From Chlorokybus atmophyticus (Eukaryota; Plantae; Mesostigma and Chlorokybus algae): DNA of 64,000 nt. Below, piece after piece: positions 36,887 to 48,218 of the stretch; within the stretch, counting starts at the first letter, position 1, and the number at the start of each line of letters is the position of its first letter. The position numbers were made by a program, and so were the translations under genes. The stretch lies in assembly GCA_009103225.1 (NCBI GenBank), contig RHPI01000193.1, positions 62,001 through 126,000 of the forward strand, given 5' to 3'. The notes below the pieces were generated by a model. It saw nothing but the letters and a program-made list of their open reading frames with translations, did no database searches and was not told where the DNA came from.

Positions 36887-38155
36887 AAATGGTGGGTTTA
36901 ATGTACGCGATACAACAGGGAGAGGATAAGGCAGGAATCAAAGGACGATATATATCTGTTTTTGTTTGTTTGATTTTTCTTTGGCTGCGCTGCATTGGGG
37001 CAGCTTGTAGCTGTTGAAGCATTCAACATACATAGTCCACCTGTAAGTGGAATATCTTTCCTCAACAGGCGCTGTGCCATAACCATCTCAGCATTTCTTG
37101 GAGTACATATGCATACTTGCAAGTCACACACGAAATGGATTGATTCAAGAAAAATGGTTGCAGCGCAAACGCTTGTAGCAGAAGCACAGGCCTGTTTTGC
37201 CAGCAAGTGGCAAATAACTTACCTGTGAGAACACATGGTGTAGTTGTGTGCGTGAGTTGTGCTTGGTTGTTTACATCCTTTGCAGGTGCAAGTCCACAAT
37301 CGATGACAACTGTCTCAGTTGATGGAACACCTTGATGTTGGACTCATCTGTGCCGCTAAGGTAGTTGTGGCACGATGCACCATGGGTTGCATGTACTCCT
37401 GCTCTAGTAGAATAGACATGGCATGCGCGGGTCGAGTGCTACATGCACACGCAAGCTCGTTCCTACAGCGACACCCTTGCAGCAAAACCAATGTGCGGTC
37501 ATTCTATCCAACCGCCAAACCAGATTGACAACAACTACATGTCACCATAACCAGACATGCACTGACTTGCAGGTGAGGCAAGGCTTCACGTGCAACATGT
37601 TTACTACATGCGCGGCTGCTATCTCCCCTGGAAGCCATGGCCGAATAGAAATGTCCGCATTTGGTGAAAAAAGTGTACCGGCGGGGGCAAAGGCAGGGGT
37701 TGGGGTATAATGACCACGGTACTTGATCATGCAGCTAGTTTTGGGCTTGGTGATGCAGCTAAGGCGCAGTTTGGCAGGGAGCAGCAGGCAACTAACCGTC
37801 GCGCTTGGCGCTGCGCAGAACCATATAGGTCTGTAGGTGCAACATGGAGTGTGAATTGAGTTCAAACCAAACACCAGCTGGAAAACTCTGTGGCTGCCAC
37901 ACATAGCCCTGCAACGCCTATGTGTGGCAACCACAGGAGAAGACAGATGTGGTAGACAGATGTGTTTGGCAGCAGGAGGAGAAAGAGGTGTCCGAAGCAG
38001 GGCGTTCCAACCAGCAGCAGCTGCTGCACACTCCACTCGCACGTGTCCACGCGCGCGCCCCGGCAAAGCTTCTCTTCTTGCGCTTTCTCGCAGCTGAAGC
38101 ACGTGGACACGCGCACGCACCGCCTACGCGACGCGTAGCATGCGTGCGTGGTCAG

Positions 38156-38740
38156 AGAAACTTCGATCGCATCTGGTGCCAATCACAGCAACAGTGAGAT
38201 CATTTGGCACAACAGCGCATAGTAAGTGAGCGACAAGGTGCGATGTGTCACGCTTTAACGTCACTTCAATCGCTCTGCCACAACGTGCAGCGTGCATCTC
38301 ATGCAGGCATATGGTGCTGCTCTGCGCGTGCGTGCGTGCGTGCGTGCGTGCGTATGCGTGTGCACGCGTGGGTGTTCGTGTGTTCCTCTGTCAGCTCGGG
38401 CGACCCGTACACTGTGGACATGCCGCGCACTCACACTCCACGACGAGTGCAGTGTGGATTCGTGCGGGCAGGAACACATCCTCCACTGGGACTTCAACAC
38501 AGACAACGTATGTGGGGGTGCTCTTTCAAGTCGTCTCCTATTCTGATCGAAGTGTTCTCTGCCACTACACAAACTTCACCACTCAGTGCGGCCCAGGCAG
38601 TGTGGTGAGCCGCATGTTGGTGATGATGTTGTTCGCGTGTGTGACAACAACAAAGACAGATGTGTGCGTGTGTCGCAGCCACTGGACAACACTGCCAGTA
38701 CAACAGCACGAGCGCGTACGAACCGTGTTGGAGCAAGACG
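38156..38740 (+). other. Chain of small putative exons of an unresolved gene, probably extending past the gap
   Basis: Exons 38156-38221, 38395-38507, 38587-38604 and 38679-38740 are bounded by GTAAGT/GTATGT/GTGAGC donors, CAG acceptors and TG-rich introns. They join into an open frame ending ...RQCATGQHCQYNSTSAYEPCWSKT. I found no start, stop or recognisable domain. Confidence 0.3.
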
Positions 38741-39397
38741 GTTTGGAGGCCTCTGTCGACACCATCATCATCATCATCATCATCATCATCCTCCACAATC
38801 ACTCACATAGCGTAAAATGACAACAACAACTGACTCATGCGCGTCCACCACGGGGCTCGACGGGCCGCGCGAAATCAGAGCGTGTGACAACATGGTTGTT
38901 TCATCCTTTGTCGAGTCAGCCAGTGCCTAGTGCCTTAAGCTGCCACATTGCCTCCGAGCTGCACCTCAGTGTGTGCTGCAGTTGCACCCACAACAACAAA
39001 AAGCGTGAAACGTCTGGCTGCGGGTGGAGTAGGCGGTGGCGAGGACCTCTGTGGGAATGTAGGCAGTAGTACCTGCGTGGAGAGAAAGTCTGTCTGTCTG
39101 TCTGTAAGAGGCAGTGCACTGTCCCTCTCCGCTCTGCTGCCGTGTGCATGTGTGTGTGCGTGTGTACGCGTATACATTTGTGTGTCAAACACTGATGCCA
39201 CTGTCTCTCCAGACCTTCACATCACAACGAACACCATCGCCAAGACGGGTGTACTACTCTCCCATGGCTGAGGTGTACACCAAACCGCATCCACTACCCC
39301 TGTGAGAATACATACACACCTTCGCCCCAGCTGGTGACTCTTGGATCAACAGCAACAACATCCCAGGCGGTGAAGTTGGGAAGAACTGCCGGGGGGG

Positions 39398-39649
39398 NNN
39401 NNNNNNNNNNNNNNNNNNNNNNNNNNNNNNNNNNNNNNNNNNNNNNNNNNNNNNNNNNNNNNNNNNNNNNNNNNNNNNNNNNNNNNNNNNNNNNNNNNNN
39501 NNNNNNNNNNNNNNNNNNNNNNNNNNNNNNNNNNNNNNNNNNNNNNNNNNNNNNNNNNNNNNNNNNNNNNNNNNNNNNNNNNNNNNNNNNNNNNNNNNNN
39601 NNNNNNNNNNNNNNNNNNNNNNNNNNNNNNNNNNNNNNNNNNNNNNNNN
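39398..39649. other. Assembly gap (N run) flanked by G runs
   Basis: Direct reading. Confidence 0.99.
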
Positions 39650-41850
39650 GGGGGCAAGCCTGCTTCACCATTGCAGGCAAGAAAGGTTTGCGCTTACATA
39701 ACGTGGTAGTAGTAATAGTTCCTCATTGTGTCTATCCATCCAGCGCGGGGTGAACAGACACACCCCTATGTACGCATCGATGGGGAGATGGGGAGCTGAA
39801 GGGTGGTGCACGCGGGGCCAGGCGGGACGGCTGACCTTCTGAAGCTGTGCACACGCGCGCGCTCGCCTGCAAGTCAGTTGCAACCTTGAATTGCCACTTT
39901 GTATACAACAACAACAACATCAACAACAACAATACCAATGCTCGCGCTTGCCACACAGTGGGCCAGACAGTACCCCGCCTCATTACTCCGATGATGCGCA
40001 GCAAGGTGACCATCCACCCAAACACATACACGTGTACGCGCACACACGCACGCACACTTACTCGACTGCACACGCGAGCGCATGCAAGGCTAGCTTCACG
40101 CGCCGTGCGTCGCGGCGAACGCGCACACCTACACCCTCACCAACCACAGAATTCTTCGACCACACTCTATGACGCACACGCTGCCGGACACGACCTGACG
40201 ACAACACGTACACGTCCTCCCTTGTTGGGTGCGTGCTCGCGCGAGTAAGACCAAAGCTGAGAGAAACCCCTAACCACGCATACCCACATGTTCGAGGCGT
40301 GCATGGGTACGCGTGTCATGCTGTTGTTGTTGTTGTTACTACTCACATATGCACTCTTGCTGTACCCACAGTAGTTGGGCCTGTCGCGGCTGCAAGCATG
40401 AAATGTTGCGTCCAAACAGCTTCACGTTAGCAGTCTGTATAGTCCAGTATGCACCAGGTGTCCGTACCATAATAGTGTGGACACCCGGCGCGAGGTGCAG
40501 ACACAGCTCCTGATCCAAGCCTGACGTACTTGATGCAACATTGCCGGCAAGAGGAAACAGTATCAAGTGTTCATACACCAGTCCTGGAGAGACAGTCAAC
40601 ACCGAGACGCAGAACGGCGTTGCAGTCTCAACAACCCTCAACATCGTGCTTACCGACACAATGTAAGAGCACACACTTACCTCTGTGATTGTTGCTATTT
40701 TTATTGTTGACCCGGTCGCGGTGGGACCCCTTTGTCGTGCAGCTTGATTGATTGAAACTTTAACCACGACAGACACTTTGACGACGAGGCCAAGAGACCC
40801 CCTGATAGCAGTGCTACTGCGAGGTCACCCTCGGTAGTGTACCTGCTATGTGCGCGGGCCACACGCAGATGATAATGTTGGCGAGGGCATCAACTTGGAC
40901 ATGTCGTACAGGTTCTTCAGATGCCTGCATGATGATACTGCTACACCGCTTACACAACAACAACATGTTATTATTGTGGTTGTTGTGTGTGAACTAGTGG
41001 GCACTGTGTTTCCATGCATATGTGTGTGTGCGTGCGCGCGTCTGTGCATGCATGCGCGTTTGTGTGCGTATACAATGGTGTCCAGCGTGTCACCTTGTCA
41101 ACGCTTGGTAAATGGTCTGTTCGTGCTTTCCCTCACAATCTCGCGACGTAACGTGACGTTGAGCGACTTCGTGTCCATCATGCGCCTTTACGCACTTGGC
41201 AACTGTGTGCGTCACTTGTTGGGTCGTGTGCACGCATGAGAACTGCTAACTCACAGTAGTTTACGTGTCCACAGAGAGAGTTTATGGAGGTCCTCCATAA
41301 ACTAGGGCCGGGGCGAGCATGCGGGAAGCACGGCTGTTCCGGTCTATTAGGCTTTTGCCAGCCTGGGAGGACGCAAGGGAGGACGCGCAAGTATCGCGCT
41401 GCTTGCTGGCTGGCTTGGTTTGGGTGTGTGCAAATGCATCCGCATGATGGCGCATGCGTGGCGCAACTCATTAAGTATAATGCACTCACGCGCGCGTGCG
41501 CCAGCTCAACTATTGTCACGATGTATTCAATGCGGCCAACAGCACAATAAGAAAACTTTGTGAGCTTTGCACTAAGCCGATGGTTTTGAGCTGAGTTGTG
41601 TCTCTTCATGCATAGTGATAAGCCTCACAAACAAGTCTTGAAAGCAAATCCGTATTGCGCCGCATTGGTGTTCTTTCGAAAGTTGTGAAGTCGTGATGCA
41701 TTGCAACGTAGTGATGTAATGTAAACATCACAACACGAGAATCTTCCCTTGTTGTAATAGGTGCGAGTATAACGTCAATGACAATGCGCATACACTCCAT
41801 TATGGTCCCCTTAAGTATTGATGGAGGGGACAGCAACCGGAGAGGCCACA

Positions 41851-41896
<46 letters not shown>

Positions 41897-42066
41897 NNNN
41901 NNNNNNNNNNNNNNNNNNNNNNNNNNNNNNNNNNNNNNNNNNNNNNNNNNNNNNNNNNNNNNNNNNNNNNNNNNNNNNNNNNNNNNNNNNNNNNNNNNNN
42001 NNNNNNNNNNNNNNNNNNNNNNNNNNNNNNNNNNNNNNNNNNNNNNNNNNNNNNNNNNNNNNNNNN
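41851..42066. other. Poly-G tract (41851-41896) followed by an assembly gap (41897-42066)
   Basis: Direct reading. Confidence 0.99.
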
Positions 42067-42099
42067 GGGCAAGGGGCGCGTGTGAAGGGTCGAGTATGC

Positions 42100-43700
42100 T
42101 TGGTTTATTGAACATGTTGAAGTTGAACATCCAATGACTGAGCCACTCAACTTCAACATGCACTTCACATGATATGTGATACGCATCGCTCAATGCGTAC
42201 ATGCATGTCAACCATAAAGTATACACGCGTAATGAGCATTAATCAATCTTCCACAAGGGTACGGAGTATCGGCGGGGATTCGTTATCAATGCAGCAGATC
42301 CTTCATTAAACCTAGCGTGTTTTTAAAGTATGGCATGCATCCATCTTGTAATTGCATTAATGTCTAGTCAGCGTGAGTAATTGATCAAGCGCACATATCG
42401 CGCCATTTTTATTTGGATCGTGGAAGTTGATATGTTCAACTTGCAATTATCAAAGCACAACTTGCATTGCAATGATCAGAATGTGGATTATAAATGCGAC
42501 ATTGAAGGTTACTTATGATGACTCGTTGTGCTCACACACAGCGAATCGTCGTGATTAATGGTATACGACATGCACTATATATATCAATTGGTTTTATGCT
42601 CAGCAGGGCTAGCTGTTATCAATTCCTAACAAGTGCTATCACAATACCAATACAACATGTTTGCGTTGCCCTTCCATCACAGCAAGCGCCTACCATTAAT
42701 TGTATAGTGTATAGTTTGCATTGACAACTTACTTATAAGGGTTGTTTTCATCATGTTGTTTGCACGCAACTTTCGACAATGATTTCGCCGTTGTATGATG
42801 CAATGTAATGACCTCGAGGTGCGCAACCTTTATCAGATTTGTCACGCGGCTTCAACTTCTAATACCACTTGATATAAATTATATGGATATTATCATTGAT
42901 ATTATGTGTAACACAAGAAAACATGATTTCTATGGCAGCTAGTTTGCACCATCATCACGTCATTATAAGTTGACAATGAGCTATTGGTGGAGGACTATTG
43001 CGCTTATGCGTGTAAATCACAACGGGATTACATTATGTAATAATTGTCATGAGAGGCGATGCAAAATACATTGGTTTTAAGCGATAGACAGAAACCTTTA
43101 GACGATCGGGCAGGGGAAAACGTTAAACGATTTACGAATATACTGAGCATGCACAATGATTATAAGTAATGCGCATATATGCATCTTTAAACTTTGTGTG
43201 ATCAATGCCCATAAGGTGGTGATATTAAATGTTTGTTACATAACATGATTTCAACGCTCCACCGTCACAACGTTGCCCGTTGTAGAGCGATTCAGTGCAT
43301 GTTATCTTTTGCAACCATAGGCATTCATTGCGTGCATTCAATGAGTCATTGCGCAATTATTAATGTGCTTATTGCAAGCAAATTGAATCAAAAGTTGCTG
43401 CAATCTTAACATTATATTGGGTACTGTACTAGTTTTATGACTTGTGCTACATGGTATCAACAATATGGATCAGTTTGGCTACCAAGTTACAAATTGCGTA
43501 GTATAGATTCATATATATGGCACGCATAAGCGTGCCATATATGACAAGAAATTGAATTCAAAGGCCAACACGTAAAAGTTAAACATTGTTGTTGAGAATT
43601 ATTGGTTTATAGTACAGCACTCTTACAATCTCATAGTCATACCAAAACTGCAGCATGACGCAGTGGGTAATTATGAATTACTGTATGTTACATCCGGGAC
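42100..43700. other. AT-rich decayed repeat or TE relic containing a 13-bp-stem hairpin at 43513-43542
   Basis: Stop-riddled frames. Hairpin ATATATGGCACGC-ATAA-GCGTGCCATATAT. Confidence 0.45.
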
Positions 43701-44838
43701 AATGATATACTTAATGTCGTAAAAACAGGCCACGCAGCCTGGACGAAGCCACGCGGCCTGGGTGGGGCGTTTATGTTCGCGCAACACCGTCCAGCAGCGG
43801 CGGGGCCAAGTTGCAGCGTCCTTGTCGTCGTTGTCCTTGTGGTCGTGCATGCCGATGCCTGCGTGGACAAGCAACCCTAACCTCTGATTCTCTCCTCTCC
43901 TCTCATTTACACTCTGTTGGTTTGGTGTTGCCATCTGTCTGCTTGCTGCTATACACGCCCACTTGCTGCTGCTTGAGGGTCTGCTGTTGTGCTGGTTGTG
44001 TTGGAGTGAGGTGTGCATACTATATATGCTAGTAGCTCTGCCCTGACGCCCACATCAGCGCATGCATCACGACTGCTTGCTTGTCTGCACCGCCACATAC
44101 TTCAAGGTTTGCCACGCGCAACCTTTGCATGTTATGTCATGAGTATGCAAGTTGGGATGCTGCTTGAATGATAACATTATAGTACATTGCGCAGCCGCAG
44201 GCTGCATGATTATAACGTGAGGAACCATATACATTTTTATGCCAAACTCATGTGTTTATTAATTGAAATATAATATTAACGCATGCATTTTAAGCCTTAT
44301 CAGAGCAATCAAAATGCTTTCTTGAGGGTGTGATTTCTACAGAACTTTATCAATGTAACATATTACTAAAGTCTGTGCAATTGATGTTCAACACAATACA
44401 ATTACCGGCCATCTTCGTGTTGATATATCAGTTCAAATCATGCGTAATATATATTACGACAAGGGCCATGATATAACATTGATCTGGTCAGTGCCAACTC
44501 AATGTGTATTCATGCAAGGGGGGATCCTTTACAATAATGGGGAAATGAGTTGAATAAATGTTACGCAGTAATACATTATGCCAGTATGACCAAAATGCGC
44601 GTATATGCACGTGAGATAACGTAAATTTGCTGTAGTAAGCTCTTTAAAAAATTGTATGCGAGGTATTGTTTGAAACAGCTTACTTCCTTATTGTAAAAGC
44701 AAAAAGTCTTGATCTCATCATAACGCATGTAATTATATGCACATGCGCATCTATGTGAGTTCAAGTTAGATTATCTGGACCCACCTCGCACCACAAGGCG
44801 TGGCGTGGACCACATGGCTTATTGAAAGAGTGGACGGA

Positions 44839-44870
44839 CCACATGGATGTCCACGTGGACATCCATGTGG
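44839..44870. repeat. Perfect 32-bp palindrome centred on CACGTG
   Basis: CCACATGGATGTCCAC|GTGGACATCCATGTGG. Confidence 0.95.
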
Positions 44871-45208
44871 GTCCAAGTTGCAAACCGTCCTGATGCATCG
44901 AGTCATTCCATGATGCATACAGGGAAAGACTGTATATAGGCATCCTGCACCCAAGCCGAGTGGGATCAGTGAAGGACACCTGTTCACAGGCAACACGGCG
45001 CGGGGCACGTCTCTTCATAATACGCAATCCTATATGCGGATGACGCGGATGACGTTACATGAGGCGTACACTCGCCATGCGTGTGCTCTCTGTCCCCGTC
45101 AATCAGCCAATTGCCGCAGAACCAGACAACGAACCGCTGCACGACGCACTTCCACCCGAGCTGACAACTGCTACACCGAACACGCCACTCATACAAGGCA
45201 TATAATGT

Positions 45209-45233
45209 CGTGATTCACGGCCCGTGAATCACG
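45209..45233. repeat. 25-bp palindrome (12-bp arms, 1-nt spacer)
   Basis: CGTGATTCACGG-C-CCGTGAATCACG. Confidence 0.95.
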
Positions 45234-46895
45234 GGCGCCATGAGTCACGCACCATTCCGTGGCAGGAACTACCGCTGACTCTGGCGGCCCATTCTATATG
45301 CACATACAGCTTTATATGACATGGTCCATCCATTACGATGACTCAAGTTAATGAGCCCAAGGCACGCCCGTTACGCGCTTACTATATCGTAAGCTACGCG
45401 TAGCCGTCGCTTCACTGATGTGCACGTGTACCGCAGCGGTCGGAGGGTAGCGCCTACGAACCGTATGCGCTGTAACACGACACAGCGTCGGTCAACTAAC
45501 GACCAGCCAACTGCTGCTCTGAACCGGCTCTGTTGGGTCCATGTACCGGTCTGCGGCATCATGTTACACGCGTTGTGGGTAGGAGCGTTAAGAGCTGCTG
45601 CCGGACAAGAGCCGGCTGGCAGTTCCGTCGTCAGGGTCTTCCCGAAGGCGACAGGCCGCAAAGTGACGCGACAGTTGCCATGATGGCAAACGGAGACGGG
45701 ATGGTAGCGGTCTGACACGGCGACAACGTATATCCAAGGACGCCGTTGCGACGGACATGGGGGAAGAGACGCGACACAGCAGAAATGGATGCTTCTTGCC
45801 AGTTGCTGCTAACATGACCGACACGTGTACCAGGGGCGCATTCGTCAACGGCCGAGAATGAATTTCGAAAGCGGGCACGTCACCGGTAAGCCTACCGTCA
45901 GCCTGCGGCAGGTCGTACTCATATAGGGATCGCAGCATCATTGTCCGATCTCCGTGCAGTGCCACCTTGCGCTTGGCTCTCAACCACCGCACGATACGGC
46001 CGTTGCACGAGACTATGCTGCGCTGTCATACCTTTGCTCCGCAGACGTCACCGTCTGTAATTAAAACGCGGTGACTGCCAACCTACCTCGAAGCTATCAA
46101 CCCTATTAATGAAGGCAGGAGACAGCGCAGCACACAGGCGGTCAAAGGGCGCGGGGAGACCGGTTCGAGGGGTGATATGATCTGGATCCGCGTCGCTCAG
46201 CGCGCCGGCGCATGACCGGGGGTCAGACCTGTGCCGTGACCCCCTCGTGATTTACAAACTAATTGAAAACCTGGGACGTACCAAATCGCCGCGTATCGCG
46301 TGGGATTGCGTGCCGTGGGGCTAAGCTACCGGTGCGGTAGCTCTGTCATTAGGTTCATGAAAGGCATAAGGTCACCCTACCACGCCCTTTTCTGCGAGCC
46401 CCGAACTGAGCGTTTTCGGCACATGATAACGACGAGTCGTTATTGACGGACAGCAGCAAAAAGGCGCTGTGTTGTGTCACAAGTTTTGCCTGTGGCGTGT
46501 GTGGCAACACTTCAAAGTTTGTGTGTGTTGTGCGCAGTGAGGCGGTTGTGTTGTGTTGTGTTGTGTTCCCCAGGGCTTACTGGGCGTGGCGGCGGTGGCT
46601 GTGTCGTGGTCGTCGTCGTTCGCGTGAATAGGGCGGTTTGAGGGAGAGCTGTTGCAGGGGTTAGCTTGCGCACCAGCAGCAGGCTAGCACAGGCCTGGCA
46701 GGCTGAGGGCGGGGAGAGGAGTGTGCTTGCTAGTCGTTGGTGTGGGTGTAGTCGTTGACGTTGAGCTGCTGCTGGGTCTAGGCGGCGGCTGAGGTGAGGT
46801 TAGGGGGATTGTGGTCGAGGTGGTGGAGGTGAGAGGCGAGGTGCAGTAGCTAGGTCAAGGGCGGAGAGTAAGGGAGTGATTGGGTGCCGTGTGTG

Positions 46896-48218
46896 ATGTG
46901 GAGTCAGCAGCAGGCGGCGGCGGCGGCAGCGGCGGCGGCGGTGGTCCAGCAGCATCAGCAGCTCCAGCAGCAGCTCAAGGCGGCGGCGGCAGCTCACCAG
47001 CAACACCAGCAGCAACAACAACAACACCAGCATCAGCAGCAAGTGCATGAGATGGACGGCAGCGCCTCCCAGCTCACCTGCAGCAAGTGCTTGACCGTGC
47101 TGGTCTACCCCAGAGGCGCCAGCAACGTCCTCTGCGTCCTCTGCAACACCATCACGCCTGTCCCCACCGCCGCCTCCGCAGCCGCAGCAGCCGCCTCGGC
47201 CTTCACGCAGCCCTCCCGCCCAGTCGCCAGCTACGCCGGCGGCAGCAATGGCGCCGACAGCCAGGCCGCCGCCGCATCCTCCGGCCTGGTCAAGCCTCTA
47301 GCAGAGAAAAAGTCCATGCGCAGCCCAGGGAGCCCACTGGACCTGGACTTGTCTCTTCCCAAGCCTGCAGCTCCCTCGAACTCAGCAGCAACGCACACAG
47401 CCTTCCAGCCGCCTCATTCTTCTGCCGCCGCCCTCGCACCCAAACGCACCCGAAGCCATGACTCCTCAGACAAGTCCGACTCGGATAAGGACTCTGACCC
47501 CAATGGCACTGGTGAGTGTGTGTATGAGTAGATGTTTGTGTTAGTGTGGAATGCAATTGTTGCATTGCATATGATCATTGGTTGCGCGTGCTTGCCTAAA
47601 GAGTAACAGCAGTAGTAGTAGTAGTCCAATGTGCACGCGTGTGGTTTACCTCAGTAACGTTTCGTTTGAAGCCCTGTTACAGTTTGTTATGCCTTGTCTG
47701 GGCCAGTTCATGCTAGTTGACTGCAGCATGCAAAACATGGAAACCAGTAGGCCAAGGCAGATTGTGTATGCAGTGGAAGTCTTGTCAGTCAAGCTTGGCA
47801 AATTCAATGCTTGTTTACTTGTATCATTATCCTTCCTGCACAATACCTGTTGCTCTTATTTTGATTGGGTGTGTCATGTGTGCAATGCTGACCTTGCCAT
47901 ATGGTGTGTTCAGCGGATGTGTCGGCATATGAAAGGATGAAACGTCGTCGACGTGAGACAGCCAAGCGTTCCCGCGCTCGCAAGGCTGCATACATGCGTG
48001 CATTGGAAATTGAAAACGCTGCTTTGCGCCAGGAGCATGCCGCCATGCGGGCCGAACTCGCTCGCCTCAAGAAGCAGTACGAGTCCAACATCAATAATAA
48101 CAGCAACAGCAACAACAACAACTCCCCTCCCACGCTAACACTCACGACACAACAACCTGCCGCGCAAGACGCCTCGCCGCCACCTCCGCAGTCGCAAACC
48201 ACAAGCACTCCAAGCTGA
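46896..48218 (+). CDS. Transcription factor: polyQ/A N-terminus + LSD1-type zinc finger + EAR motif + bZIP (306 aa)
   Basis: Exon 1 46896-47511 has QLTCSKCLTVLVYPRGASNVLCVLCNTIT (zf-LSD1, CxxC-x-L-x-YPxGAxxVxCxxC) and LDLDLSL. Phase-1 intron 47512-47913 (GTGAGT...GCTGAC...TTCAG). Exon 2 47914-48218 has RRRRETAKRSRARKAAYMRALEIENAALRQEHAAMRAELARL. Confidence 0.88.

Noticed and set aside
39294-42226. ORFs containing X runs and poly-P/poly-G
   Set aside because: These are artefacts of N gaps and homopolymers.
42901-43080. HNH-like reading (HHHVII...GG / NGITLCNNCH)
   Set aside because: It needs a frame switch across stops, and a third frame gives equally protein-like text. It is not distinguishable from chance in decayed DNA.
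45371-45992. ORFs of 115-134 aa, including a GHGGRDAT integrase-like word on the + strand
   Set aside because: No RT, integrase or recombinase catalytic motifs occur in order, so I cannot assign an element.
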